Shown here piece after piece: positions 8,227 to 18,070 of a DNA stretch of 57,656 nt. Source of the stretch: Candidatus Binataceae bacterium (lineage in GTDB: Bacteria; Desulfobacterota; Binatia; Binatales; Binataceae). Every line of letters starts with the position of its first letter. The stretch's first letter is position 1. The DNA lies in assembly GCA_036495625.1 (NCBI GenBank), contig DASXMQ010000091.1, positions 1 through 57,656 on the forward strand, in the 5' to 3' direction. The notes beneath the pieces were generated by a model. It did not search any database. It worked only from the letters and a program-made list of their open reading frames with translations, and was not told the DNA's origin. Both the position numbers and the translations under genes were made by a program.

Positions 8227-10584
8227 ATGTGGATAGTTCGTCTTGCCCTGCGCCGGCCTCTTTCGGTTGCGGTGATGGCGTTGCTGATGCTGGTGCTCGG
8301 CACGCTATCGTTCGAGCTGATGAACGTCGACATCTTTCCGGCCATCAACCTGCCGGTCGTGATGGTGGTCTGGAATTATCCCGGGCTGTCGGCCTTCGAC
8401 GTCGAACGGCGGATGGTCTTCATCAGCGAACGCGCCTACTCGACCACCGTCAACGGCATCGAGCATATCGAGTCGGAATCGATCAACGGGCTGGGACTTC
8501 TGAAGGTCTATTTTCAGCCCGGCTCCGACATCGGCGCAGCGATCGCACAGATCGACGCGGTTTCAGAGAGCATCCTGACGATTTTGCCGCGCGGCACCGA
8601 ACCGCCGCAAATCATTTCCTACAACGCGAGCAACGTTCCAGTCGCCCAGTTGAACATCTTCAGCGATACGCTTTCGACCGGCCGCCTGTTTGATTACGGA
8701 CTCAACTTCATCCGGATTCAGCTCTTCACCATTCCCGGGTTCTCGTCGCCCGCGCCGCTCGGCGGCGTACAGCGCACCGTGATGGTCAATCTCGATCCGA
8801 CCACGCTGTACGCCAATGGATTGTCCGCGGCCGATGTCGGCAACGCGCTGGCCTCGACCAACGTGGTCATCCCGTCGGGCACCGAAAAGATCGGCAACTA
8901 CGAGTACAACGTCGATCTCAACATGAGCGTACCAAGGGTCAAGGATTTCGACCGCTTGCCGGTGAAGTATGTCAACGGCTCGCCGGTTTTCCTCGGCGAC
9001 ATCGCGCCAGTGACCGACACGCATCAGCCGCAAACCAACGTGGTGCGGGTCGATGGCCGGCCGGCGACCTACCTGATGGTCGTCAAGCACGCCGACGCTT
9101 CGACGCTCAGCGTGGTCGACGCGGTCAGGGCCAAGATTCCGCTGATCCGCCTCACCGCGCCCGAGGGCCTGAAGGTCTCGCTCAGCTTCGATCAATCCAA
9201 GTTCGTACGCGCCGCGCTGTGGGACGTGGTGCGCGAAGCGGCGATCGCCGCCACGCTGGTGGCGCTGATGGTTCTGCTGTTTCTCGGTTCGCCGCGCAGC
9301 ATGGTGATCGTCATAACCTCGATACCGTTGTCGATTCTGACCGCGATCATCGCGCTCAAGCTCTCCGGCCAGACGATCAACACGATGACGCTAGGCGGAA
9401 TCGCGTTGGCGGTCGGGATGCTGGTGGATGACGCTACGGTGGAAATCGAAAACATCCACCGCAACCATGCGATGCAGAAGCCGTTGCTGTCCGCGATTCT
9501 CGACGGCGCTTCGCAGATCGCGACCCCGACCTTCGTCGGCACGCTCTCGATCTGTATCGTGTTCTTTCCAGTGGTGCTGCTGACCGGGGTCGCGAAGTTT
9601 CTGTTCACACCGCTCGCGCTGGCGGTGGTCTTCGCGATGCTGACGTCGTACCTGCTGTCGCGGACTCTGGTGCCTACGATGGCGCGTTACCTGCTCCCCG
9701 ACCGCCACGAAGAGCACATCGGGACTGGCCGATGGGCCGATCTGGTGGGCAGGTTCGACCGGCGGTTTGAACGGTTGAAGGAGCGCTACCGGGTCGCACT
9801 GGCGACCTTCATCGGGAGGCGCGCCCTGTCGCTGACCTGCGTCGCGATCCTGACCGTGGTTACTGCCGGCCTGTTGCCGATCGTCGGCGAGGATTTCTTC
9901 CCGGTGGTCGATGCGGGCATGATGCGGCTGCACGTGCGCGCCCCCACCGGCAGCCGGATCGAGCACACCGAATACCTGGTTGATCAGATCGATCGCGCCA
10001 TTCGCACGGTCATTCCGCCCGCCGAGCTCGAAAGCATCAGCGATAATCTCGGCCTGCCGGTTTCCTACGACCTCGCCTTCTATCAGACCGACAGTATCGG
10101 TCCGCAGGATGCCGACGTGCTCATCCAGCTCAAGCCCAGCCATCGCCCGACCGCGCTTTACCAACAGCGGATTCGCGAGGTGCTGGCGGCCAGGTTTCCG
10201 GAGGTGACTACCTACTTCCAGGCCGCTGATATCATCAGCCAGGTCCTCAACTTCGGTCTACCCGCAGCGATCGACGCGCAAGTAAACGGCAACAACCTGC
10301 AGAGCGACTACGATATAGCACTGCGCCTCAGAGACCGGATGGCGCTGATACCGGGAGTGGTGGACATGCGTATCGCCCAGCCGCTCGACTACCCGAGCCT
10401 CAAGGTCGAGGTCGATCGCACCAAGGCGCTCCAGTTCGGCATCACTCAGCAAGAGGTCACCTCGAGCGTGCTCTCCTTGCTCTCCGGCGCGCAGCTCCTG
10501 CAGCCGAACTTCTGGCTCGATCCGGTTTCCGGGGTCAACTACAATGTCATCGCGAGGCGCAGCAGCATCTGTTCGACTCGGTGA
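8227..10584 (+). CDS. RND (AcrB/HAE1-type) efflux permease, N-terminal 785-codon part; frame is lost near 10555
   Basis: Typical RND N-terminus (MWIVRLALRRPLSVAVMALLML...FPAINLPVV), and the size matches about 3/4 of a roughly 1050-aa pump. Ends in a nonsense tail (ARRSSICSTR) after VNYNVIA. Confidence 0.85.
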   Translation: MWIVRLALRRPLSVAVMALLMLVLGTLSFELMNVDIFPAINLPVVMVVWNYPGLSAFDVERRMVFISERAYSTTVNGIEHIESESINGLGLLKVYFQPGSDIGAAIAQIDAVSESILTILPRGTEPPQIISYNASNVPVAQLNIFSDTLSTGRLFDYGLNFIRIQLFTIPGFSSPAPLGGVQRTVMVNLDPTTLYANGLSAADVGNALASTNVVIPSGTEKIGNYEYNVDLNMSVPRVKDFDRLPVKYVNGSPVFLGDIAPVTDTHQPQTNVVRVDGRPATYLMVVKHADASTLSVVDAVRAKIPLIRLTAPEGLKVSLSFDQSKFVRAALWDVVREAAIAATLVALMVLLFLGSPRSMVIVITSIPLSILTAIIALKLSGQTINTMTLGGIALAVGMLVDDATVEIENIHRNHAMQKPLLSAILDGASQIATPTFVGTLSICIVFFPVVLLTGVAKFLFTPLALAVVFAMLTSYLLSRTLVPTMARYLLPDRHEEHIGTGRWADLVGRFDRRFERLKERYRVALATFIGRRALSLTCVAILTVVTAGLLPIVGEDFFPVVDAGMMRLHVRAPTGSRIEHTEYLVDQIDRAIRTVIPPAELESISDNLGLPVSYDLAFYQTDSIGPQDADVLIQLKPSHRPTALYQQRIREVLAARFPEVTTYFQAADIISQVLNFGLPAAIDAQVNGNNLQSDYDIALRLRDRMALIPGVVDMRIAQPLDYPSLKVEVDRTKALQFGITQQEVTSSVLSLLSGAQLLQPNFWLDPVSGVNYNVIARRSSICSTR

Positions 10585-11453
10585 GCGCTCTGCAAAATAT
10601 TCCGCTCAGCACGACGATGGCTTCCTCGAGCGGCGCGACCACAGGTTCGACGCCGGCCGCGAGCGGCGTTGTGACGACGTCGCAGCCGCAATTGCTCGGC
10701 AATCTCGCGACCATCAGCCACGCCTGGGATCCCGCCGTAGTCTCGCATTACACCGTGCAGCGCGTGGTGGACGTCGATTGCAATGTGACAGGCCGCGATC
10801 TGGGCGCGGTCACCTCGGCGGTGCAGCGGGAAATCGCTCATCTTGGCAAGCTGCCGCCAGGGACCCAGGTGGTGATTCGCGGCCAGAGCCAGGCGATGAG
10901 CACGTCGTTCGTCACGCTCGGCGAAGGCCTGGTGCTCGCAATCATCCTCGTCTACTTGCTGATGGTCGCGAACTTCCAGTCGTGGCTCGAGCCGTTCATC
11001 ATCATGATGGCCGTACCGGGCGCGCTCGCTGGCGTTATCTGGATGCTGGTGCTGACGGGCACGACGATCAACGTCGAGTCGATGATGGGCGCGATCATGG
11101 CAGTCGGCGTCGGCGTCGCCAATGGCAACCTGCTCATAACTTTCGCTAACGAATTGCGCGAGGACGGCTACGGCCCGCTCGCCGCGGCGATCGAGGCCGG
11201 GCGTATCCGCTTCCGCCCGATCATCATGACCGCGCTCGCGATGATCCTGGGGATGCTGCCGATGGCGCTCAGCCTGGGTTCGGGCTCTGAGCAGAACGCG
11301 CCGCTCGGACGCGCCGTGATCGGCGGACTTTTAGTGGCCACGCTCTCGACCTTGTTCGTGGTGCCGGCGGTGTATTCGATATTCAGCCGCAACCTGGTTG
11401 GCAAGCATCAGCGCGACGCGGAGATCGAGGCACTCACGCTGCCAGGCGCGTGA
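10581..11453 (+). CDS. RND efflux permease, C-terminal part in another frame; the true continuation starts near 10557
   Basis: The frame carrying AQQHLFDSVSALQNIPLS is open from about 10557 and continues with the C-terminal TM bundle (PFIIMMAVPGAL...RPIIMTALAMILGMLPMAL). Together the two parts make about 1075 aa. Confidence 0.8.
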   Translation: MSALQNIPLSTTMASSSGATTGSTPAASGVVTTSQPQLLGNLATISHAWDPAVVSHYTVQRVVDVDCNVTGRDLGAVTSAVQREIAHLGKLPPGTQVVIRGQSQAMSTSFVTLGEGLVLAIILVYLLMVANFQSWLEPFIIMMAVPGALAGVIWMLVLTGTTINVESMMGAIMAVGVGVANGNLLITFANELREDGYGPLAAAIEAGRIRFRPIIMTALAMILGMLPMALSLGSGSEQNAPLGRAVIGGLLVATLSTLFVVPAVYSIFSRNLVGKHQRDAEIEALTLPGA

Positions 11454-11466
11454 GCGATTACGATAG

Positions 11467-12603
11467 ATGGACGACGATCCCAGGCAGTATACGGCCAAAC
11501 CATCTGGCAAGTTATTTGTGGCCGGGTGGATCGGCGTGATCGCGATCGCCGTAATTGCCACGGCCGGACTGGTGCTCGCGCGCGAGCTGTGGATCGGCCG
11601 CCAGACCACCGAGCTGGCGCGTCAGGTCGCGGCCGGACCGCACGTGCTGGTTGCGCCAGCCAGCCGCACGCCCGCCACGCGCGACATCAAGCTGCCCGCG
11701 ACCACCCGCGGCTTCGACGAAACCGACATCTACGCCAAGGTGCCCGGCTATATCAAATCCATGCTGGTCGATAAGGGCGACCACGTTCGCGCCGGTGAAT
11801 TGCTCGCGCTGATCGAATCGCCGGAGACCGACCAGCAGGTCCGCAACGCGCAGGCCGCCTACCGGATCGCACTGCTCACCGACGATCGCAACCAGATTCT
11901 CGTCCGCGAGAGCGTGATCTCGCAGCAAACCGCTGACGAATCGCGCGCCACGATGTTGCAGGCGAAAGCGACTCTGGCGCAGAACCTCGCGCTGCAGACC
12001 TACGAGCGGGTAGCCGCGCCGTTCGACGGAATCGTGACCGCGCGCTACGCCGATCCCGGCCATCTGATTCCCGAAGCCACCAGCTCGACCGCCGTTGGCG
12101 ACGCGATCGTGAGCGTCGCGCGGATGAAGCCGCTGCGCGTGTATACCTACGTGCCGCAGAACATCGCGCTGTTCATCCGCAACGGTGACCGCGCCGCGAT
12201 CACCGTCAACGAGTTCCCCGGGCGCAATTTCACCGGCGCGATCACGCGCCATCCGGACGCCCTGGCGCCGGATTCGCGCACGATGCTGGTGGAGGTAGAT
12301 CTGCCCAATACCGACGAGGCGCTGCTGCCAGGAATGTACGGCAGTGCGGAATTCGTCGTGTCGATTCCGGAGGGCGCGCCGCTGGTCCCCGACGACGCGC
12401 TGGTCTTTCGCGACGGCAAGGTGTTCGTGCCGGTGGTGAAGGGCAACGTGCTCCACCTGGCGCAAGTGAAACTCGGCTACGACAACGGAATCGAGGTCGA
12501 GGTCACGACCGGCATCGAGTCCGACGCGCTCGTAGCGCTGAACGTCGGGCAGTCGGCGCGCGACGGCGAAGCTGTGCAGCCGGTGCGTCAAGCCGCCAAC
12601 TAG
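11467..12603 (+). CDS. efflux RND periplasmic adaptor (membrane fusion protein, HlyD family)
   Basis: N-terminal TM anchor, a lipoyl-like hairpin (VPGYIKSMLVDKGDHVRAGELLALIESPE), a coiled coil and a beta-barrel region. Adjacent to the RND permease. Confidence 0.85.
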   Translation: MDDDPRQYTAKPSGKLFVAGWIGVIAIAVIATAGLVLARELWIGRQTTELARQVAAGPHVLVAPASRTPATRDIKLPATTRGFDETDIYAKVPGYIKSMLVDKGDHVRAGELLALIESPETDQQVRNAQAAYRIALLTDDRNQILVRESVISQQTADESRATMLQAKATLAQNLALQTYERVAAPFDGIVTARYADPGHLIPEATSSTAVGDAIVSVARMKPLRVYTYVPQNIALFIRNGDRAAITVNEFPGRNFTGAITRHPDALAPDSRTMLVEVDLPNTDEALLPGMYGSAEFVVSIPEGAPLVPDDALVFRDGKVFVPVVKGNVLHLAQVKLGYDNGIEVEVTTGIESDALVALNVGQSARDGEAVQPVRQAAN

Positions 12604-12626
12604 GCACGCGCGCTCAAAGAGCCGCG

Positions 12627-13880
12627 TCAGGTCTTCGGCTCGCTCTCCTTCCAGCGCTTCATCAGCGTATTCGACGGCCGCGTCTCGTCGATCAGCTTTT
12701 CGGCGGTCTCGTGTCCTGCGATCGGCAGGTTCTTCGGATCGAGCAGCCCGAGCTGGACCAGCGCGGTCGCCTGGTCCCAGTGAATATGCTCGTGCACCAG
12801 CTTGTCGCCGCGGAACTGCACGATCGCGACGGTCGGAATCTCGACATACTTGCCCGTGGGCGCGACGCCGGGCAGCAGGAAGTCGATCTCGATGTCGTGG
12901 GTGAAGCAGAGCAGGAACTCGTCAACCACGCGGTCGGCGCCGATCGTACGCGAGACCGGGATGAACTTCGTGTCCTTCGGGAGCTTCGGGATGAAGTGAT
13001 TTTTGTAGAAGCGATGGAGCTGCTCCGCGCCGAGGCCGCCGGTCAGGGTCGGCACGTGGTTGACGTAGGGCCGATCGACCATCGTGGTCATCGTCGCGTC
13101 AGCGTCGCGATACTTGAATTCGAGATCGGCGTGCCGCTCCCAGAGCGCCGCCAGGTCATAGCGCGGCCCGATCGCGTGGCGCAACATCCCGATCGTGCGT
13201 GAGTGCGCGAGCGAGGCCGCAAAGCGGTCATAAGCCGGACGCACGGGATTGGCGAACGCATGGTCGGCGCCGGGATAAACGTAAATTTCGGCGTCGTCGC
13301 GATCTGCAAGCGCGGCGGCGACCGCGTCGCGCGCGGCCGCCGGCACGAAGCGGTCCTGCTCGCCGAAATGCAGCATCAGCGGACAGCGGATCGCGCCGGC
13401 TTCGTTGAGCCGCTTCTCGATTCCGACGCCATAGTAGCTGACCGCCGCCTCGAGATTGCATCGCGCCGCCGTAAGGTAGGCGAGCATCCCGCCCAGGCAA
13501 AAGCCGACCGCGCCGACCTTGCCGTTGCACTCGGGCATCGCACGCAGCGCGCGGATCGTGTCGGCCACGTCTTTGATCGCCTGGTCGGGATCGAAGCGCG
13601 CGAAGAAATCGAAGGCCGCCGCGATCTCGGCCTCCGAATAGCCCAGTTCGATCCCCGGCTGAATGCGCCAGAAGAGATCCGGCGCGACCGTGACATAGCC
13701 CTCCTCGGCGTAGCGATCGGCGGCGTCGCGCAAAAAACCGTTAACGCCGAAAATCTCCTGCAGCAGCACCAGCGCCGGCCCGCGGCCGCTCTCGGGCAGC
13801 GCCAGGTAGGCACTAAAGACGCCGCCGTCGGCGGCGGTGACGCTGATGGTCTTCGATTTGACGCTCATGTTGGCGCTCAT
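12627..13880 (-). CDS. dienelactone hydrolase domain fused to a C-terminal NTF2/SnoaL-like domain
   Basis: N-terminal half has GPALVLLQEIFGVN, the GFCLGG nucleophile elbow and YPGADHAF. The C-terminal ~190 aa resemble the ester-cyclase/NTF2-like fold (weaker call). Confidence 0.75.
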   Translation of the reverse strand: MSANMSVKSKTISVTAADGGVFSAYLALPESGRGPALVLLQEIFGVNGFLRDAADRYAEEGYVTVAPDLFWRIQPGIELGYSEAEIAAAFDFFARFDPDQAIKDVADTIRALRAMPECNGKVGAVGFCLGGMLAYLTAARCNLEAAVSYYGVGIEKRLNEAGAIRCPLMLHFGEQDRFVPAAARDAVAAALADRDDAEIYVYPGADHAFANPVRPAYDRFAASLAHSRTIGMLRHAIGPRYDLAALWERHADLEFKYRDADATMTTMVDRPYVNHVPTLTGGLGAEQLHRFYKNHFIPKLPKDTKFIPVSRTIGADRVVDEFLLCFTHDIEIDFLLPGVAPTGKYVEIPTVAIVQFRGDKLVHEHIHWDQATALVQLGLLDPKNLPIAGHETAEKLIDETRPSNTLMKRWKESEPKT

Positions 13881-14047
13881 GGCGATCGAACCTCTTTTGC
13901 GAACCCGTTTGCGGTCGCGTTTTGCGGCCCGGGGCGGACCCTAATGATGCTTATGCCACGGCAATAGCTACGATCCCAAGACCGGCGGTTGCGCCGGACC
14001 ATGGCCGAAAGAGGATGATTCACAATCCCGCGACGCGTCGAAGGCGT

Positions 14048-14065
14048 GCGCCGTTCAGACGGCGC
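14048..14065 (-). terminator. 7-bp GC hairpin overlapping the stop codon; no U-tract
   Basis: GCGCCGT-tcag-ACGGCGC, read directly. Confidence 0.3.
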
Positions 14066-15699
14066 TAAGGCAAGAGGCCGTAAACGTCGAGTTCGGTCTG
14101 CGTGCCGACGTAAACCTTGCCGTTGGCCACGGTCGGAACGGTGAACTTGACGCCCGCTGCGGCCGTGTCGCGCGAGCCCGCCTGCGTGCTGTTGTAGGTT
14201 TCCGTCAGATCGTCCGCCCGATAGGCGTGCAGGATGGCCGGATCGCCGTCGCCATAGCCGCTCACGTCGAGCGTCCAGGCAACAGGATGCACGCCAGCGT
14301 CGCTGGAAATCGAGGGACTGGTGCCCGGATAACCGAAGGTGTTCGCGCTGCGCGCGGCAGCAACGGGCGACAGCTGTCCGTTAAGAATCGACCACGACTT
14401 GAGCCGTGCGCCGGCGGCGCCGATATAGACTCTGCCCACAGCATACGCGGGCACGTCGAAAATTTGGGACGTAAGGTTGAGGACGCCGAGCGCCTGCGAG
14501 TCGTCGCAGAAGGAACAGAACTTTCCCATCGGCCCGCGGCTCAGCAGGTAGAACCTGCCCGATTTGACTCCGCCCATCGCCTCGTAGGTCTGACCCCGTA
14601 GCAACACCATCCCGGTGATTCCGCCGTCCTGGTCCGTCACGTCCAGGGTGTATTCGTTCGAGGGCGTGAAGTAGTCAAGCACGTGGAGCATCGGATCGAG
14701 TTTCACAAAGCTGTCGCCGTAGTCGGCCGTACCGTCAAAAGTGCCGTTGCCGATCCCGATAAAAATATTTCCGGAGCTCGTCGCCGCGGGGCCGTTGCCA
14801 CTCTGCCAGATTCCGCCGGCGCTGCCGTTGCGCGTAGGGTTGAAGACCGCCTTTGGCGCAAGCGTGAGCGCGTCGTAGGCGAGCACCCAGCCGTGATACT
14901 TCCCCAAGTCGCAATTCGACGCGAAGGCGACATAGATCATACCGTTGGCGAGCAGCAGCGCGGGACGTTGATTTGCGAGTTCGGCGACGAACTGCACATG
15001 GCCCGTGCCCTCGCTGCCGGTCCCGGTGCCCTTCACTGACGCGCTGATCTGCACCGGGCCGCCGAACTTCTCTGCCCCGGTCGCGAGGTCCAGCGCGTGC
15101 AACTGGAGCATGTAGGTGTCGTTGTTCTGGTTCTTGACCTCGGAAACCACGTACAGCGCCTGGTTCTCAAGACTGATGACCGGGGTTCCGGTGATGCCGA
15201 TTTCGGGTACCAGGTTGTCGCATCCGACGTCGGACGAGCTAACCGTGGTGATTCCAGCGGCGGGGTTGATGAAGCTCGTCTGCCATAGCGGCGCACTTAC
15301 GACGCCGTCGGCGTCGAAGGCATAGACGCTGTCGTGCTCGCTAGCAACGAAGACCACGTTGAACGTCCCTTGGCCTGGGATCGCGAGGCCTGAGACGTAC
15401 AGCGGGTCTGCATAGAGGTAGCCATCGACCGGGAACGAGAAGAGCTTGCCGAAAGTCGCCGAAGTGACGTTCGCGGGCTTGAGAAGCGCCTCGTTCGGGT
15501 TATGACCGCTCCGCATGTTGTCGTAGTGAAAAGTCAGTACGTTGACCGCCGCTGGCGTCGGCGTGGACGTCGCAGCCACCGCTGGCGATATCGCCTCCGC
15601 TAACGGAGGAGCAAGAGCCATCCACGCGAGCGCGATCCAAACGAACATGGTGGACGGCAGAGACGGCGTCGTAATCGACAACCTCGTACGCGCGTTCAT
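14065..15699 (-). CDS. secreted beta-propeller (PQQ-like repeat) protein, function unknown
   Basis: Signal-like N-terminus (MFVWIALAWMALAPPLAEA). The VLTFHYDNMRSGHNPNEALLKPANV block is common in PQQ-like secreted propeller proteins. The true start may be the internal Met. Confidence 0.6.
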   Translation of the reverse strand: MNARTRLSITTPSLPSTMFVWIALAWMALAPPLAEAISPAVAATSTPTPAAVNVLTFHYDNMRSGHNPNEALLKPANVTSATFGKLFSFPVDGYLYADPLYVSGLAIPGQGTFNVVFVASEHDSVYAFDADGVVSAPLWQTSFINPAAGITTVSSSDVGCDNLVPEIGITGTPVISLENQALYVVSEVKNQNNDTYMLQLHALDLATGAEKFGGPVQISASVKGTGTGSEGTGHVQFVAELANQRPALLLANGMIYVAFASNCDLGKYHGWVLAYDALTLAPKAVFNPTRNGSAGGIWQSGNGPAATSSGNIFIGIGNGTFDGTADYGDSFVKLDPMLHVLDYFTPSNEYTLDVTDQDGGITGMVLLRGQTYEAMGGVKSGRFYLLSRGPMGKFCSFCDDSQALGVLNLTSQIFDVPAYAVGRVYIGAAGARLKSWSILNGQLSPVAAARSANTFGYPGTSPSISSDAGVHPVAWTLDVSGYGDGDPAILHAYRADDLTETYNSTQAGSRDTAAAGVKFTVPTVANGKVYVGTQTELDVYGLLP

Positions 15700-15880
15700 C
15701 GGCGATCGCCTTGGCGTGATTGCACGTTTGCACAGCTTGCCACGAGCGCCTGGCGCACATCCAGCGATTTATGGCTGAGATTCTTATTACAAAGATCGTC
15801 AAACTATAGATTTACGCTATTTTGTACTCTGCACGTGGAAATTCTCGCTTATAACGCGCCCAGGCTTGCACGGCCGGCTG

Positions 15881-15921
15881 AAAAAAAACGCCGCATCGCT
15901 CTTCCAAAGGAGATGCGGCGT
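15881..15921 (-). terminator. rho-independent terminator of the Pro/Gly/Tyr-rich gene
   Basis: On the minus strand: ACGCCGCATC-loop-GATGCGGCGT followed by T8. Starts 28 nt after the stop at 15950. Confidence 0.8.
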
Positions 15922-15949
15922 CTCAAGCGGTGCCGATTTCGTCCGCTAT

Positions 15950-16690
15950 CTAGCGAGCCGGCGCTCCACCGAGCAACGGGCCGAGCAGCGAACCGATACC
16001 GCCAGATGCGCCGAACGGGCTGCCGCCCGCGCCGTTGGGGCTCTGCGGATAGCCCGGATACGGTGCCGCCGATGGCGCCGCACCTCCGCCCATCAATGGG
16101 CCGAGCAGCGAACTCAGACCGCCCATCGATCCGCCTGGCGCCGCCGCGCCATTCGGATACCCGGTCGCTGGATATCCGGCGGGCGGATACCCGGGCGCAT
16201 AGCCGGCGGCAGGATATCCAGTCGGCGGCGGGTAGGGCTGCTTGGCGTAGCCCGGCGCTGGGTAAGTCTGCGCGGGAGGTCCATAGAAGGCCGGCGGCGG
16301 TCCGTAGGGCGCGCCGCCGGGCGCCATCATGGCCGGCGGACCATAGCCTTGGCCTTCAGCATGCCGTCCTCCGTAAAGCTCGCGGCTCAGATGCTTTACC
16401 TGCTTCCTCCAGTGCTTCGCGGCTTCCTGGTTGCCCGCCCGGCGCGCCTGGTCGTACTGCGCCTCGGCGTAGTTGAGCCGTGCCTGCAATTCATTGCGTT
16501 GCCCAGGACTCAGAGACGACGCCGCATAGGGCGCCGGCGGTGGATAACCGCGCTGCGACGTATAAGCCTGATAGGCTGCGATGTCGTCAGGGTCAGCCGA
16601 AGCCACGCCGGCCATGAGCGGTGCCGCAACCAGCACCAGTCCGGCGAACGCCGAGAGAATCCAGCGCGAGCAATTTCGGGAGAGATTCAT
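15950..16690 (-). CDS. secreted low-complexity Pro/Gly/Tyr-rich protein
   Basis: Start moved to ATG 16690 (MNLSRNCSRWILSAFAGLVLVAAPLMAGVASA signal peptide). Contains repeated GYP/YPP units and two copies of GG(L/I)xSLLGPLxGG near the C-terminus. Confidence 0.6.
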   Translation of the reverse strand: MNLSRNCSRWILSAFAGLVLVAAPLMAGVASADPDDIAAYQAYTSQRGYPPPAPYAASSLSPGQRNELQARLNYAEAQYDQARRAGNQEAAKHWRKQVKHLSRELYGGRHAEGQGYGPPAMMAPGGAPYGPPPAFYGPPAQTYPAPGYAKQPYPPPTGYPAAGYAPGYPPAGYPATGYPNGAAAPGGSMGGLSSLLGPLMGGGAAPSAAPYPGYPQSPNGAGGSPFGASGGIGSLLGPLLGGAPAR

Positions 16691-17033
16691 ATCTAGAGCC
16701 TCGTACCGCAATACGCATCGGCAGGGTTGCGGTTTCCGAAAGGTTCGCCGGAATTCCCGCCACGGCTTTCCGGGGGAAGGGGTTATGTGTTGCTGCTATC
16801 GCGACGGATTAGCGAAACTAGCCCCTGGTTCATTGCGAGGCAGCGCCGAACCTCGGCCATTCGGCGCTACCTCGCTCGACCTCCATCAACCCTCCCCCAA
16901 AACGCGGGGGAGGGGGTAGAGGAGGTTCAGGAAAAACCAGGGGGAAGCTACGAAATGTGCGCGAGCCGCTGACGTTGCTCGACAGCGGGATAGTCTGCGC
17001 GCCGGAGGCGCGCATGCCGTCTAACTCGCCGCT

Positions 17034-17618
17034 TTAGGCCCGCGCCCTGCGCTTGGCCCGCCGATCCGCAGGCGCGCTCTTGCGATGGAGCGAACGGCTT
17101 TGACCCGCCGCCGGCTTCGCAGCCATCCTAGCCGCCACGGGCTGCACGCTGGCCGCCACGGGCTGCGCGCTTTCCGTGCTGATCTCGACCGCCGGCGCAT
17201 CCGCTTCCACCGGCGTCACCGGCTGTGCAGCCGCCAAGGCCGCCTGCTCAGCTCGCGCGATCCGGGCGCGCTCGATGGCGTCGAGCTTGCGCACTTTCCA
17301 CTCGCGCAGCCCGCGGCGCAGGTACTCCGGATTGACGTCCAGCATCTCGCAGACGTTATCGAACGAGAACACCCACCTCTTGTCTTCCAGGTTGATCCAT
17401 TCCTCGGCGTCGCGGAACAGGCGCTGGCCCTTGTTGGTGGGCGAATCGATGCACTTCATAAAGCATTCGACCGCATCCTCGAGCACGCTCAGCACGAGGC
17501 GCTTTTCGCCCTCAAGGAGATGCTTGCGGCGCATCGCCTCGAAATATTGGATCGGCAAAAGCGTGTCGGGCTCGAACAGTCCCGGCAGCTTTTCGTCCAG
17601 TGTTTCCTTCTCTTGCAT
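17034..17618 (-). CDS. hypothetical protein (194 aa), last gene in the isc-strand run
   Basis: Start moved to ATG 17618 (MQEKETLDEK), which has an AGGAG SD. Conserved-looking core KRWVFSFDNVCEMLDVNPEYLRRGLREW. C-terminal Ala/Pro-rich tail with repeated QPVAA and a basic end. Confidence 0.55.
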   Translation of the reverse strand: MQEKETLDEKLPGLFEPDTLLPIQYFEAMRRKHLLEGEKRLVLSVLEDAVECFMKCIDSPTNKGQRLFRDAEEWINLEDKRWVFSFDNVCEMLDVNPEYLRRGLREWKVRKLDAIERARIARAEQAALAAAQPVTPVEADAPAVEISTESAQPVAASVQPVAARMAAKPAAGQSRSLHRKSAPADRRAKRRARA

Positions 17619-17770
17619 CTTCGCTCCTTGCTCCTGCCTCACCAGATCTTGTGCTCCCACCCCCACAGACCTCCTTGTGATGGACGTCAGATTAGACGTC
17701 CTATTCATTTAAATCGTTTCAACAGCCTAACAGTTTCCGCGAATCCTTCATTAAGCTCTTGTTAAGGCTG

Positions 17771-17989
17771 TTATTCATCTTGGTTGTTTTCTTCGTAGAT
17801 TTCGTTCCAAGCCATCTGGATGGCTTCAAGCTTAGCCTCGCTGGAGCCTGCCGGATCGTCGTCAAATTCGTCCAAATCGACTGTCCACTGCCGCAAATCG
17901 GTAAAGCGGACCTGAAGTGGGTTGATCCCCGGATGGTTCTCCGTCAAAACTTCAGCGATTTCGTGCGCCTGGTCCCATTTCAAACCCAT
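17771..17989 (-). CDS. iscX: Fe-S assembly protein IscX
   Basis: MGLKWDQAHEIAEVL...VRFTDLRQWTVDLDEFDDDP matches E. coli IscX (MGLKWTDSREIGEAL...[20 protein letters not shown]) by eye. Confidence 0.85.
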   Translation of the reverse strand: MGLKWDQAHEIAEVLTENHPGINPLQVRFTDLRQWTVDLDEFDDDPAGSSEAKLEAIQMAWNEIYEENNQDE

Positions 17990-18070
17990 TTGCCGTGTCT
18001 CCTCTCGCGCGCCCCGTCCAAGCTCCGCTCAATTAATGGTCAAGTGCCTCAAAAACAGGGCACCTGTTAA

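Noticed and set aside
16890-17013. Hairpins CCCTCCCCC-aaaacgc-GGGGGAGGG (16890-16914) and GCGCGCC-gga-GGCGCGC (16997-17013) as terminators of the 17034..17618 gene
   Set aside because: They are plausible, but neither is followed by a U-tract on the minus strand, and GC-rich palindromes are frequent by chance here. Not reported as features.
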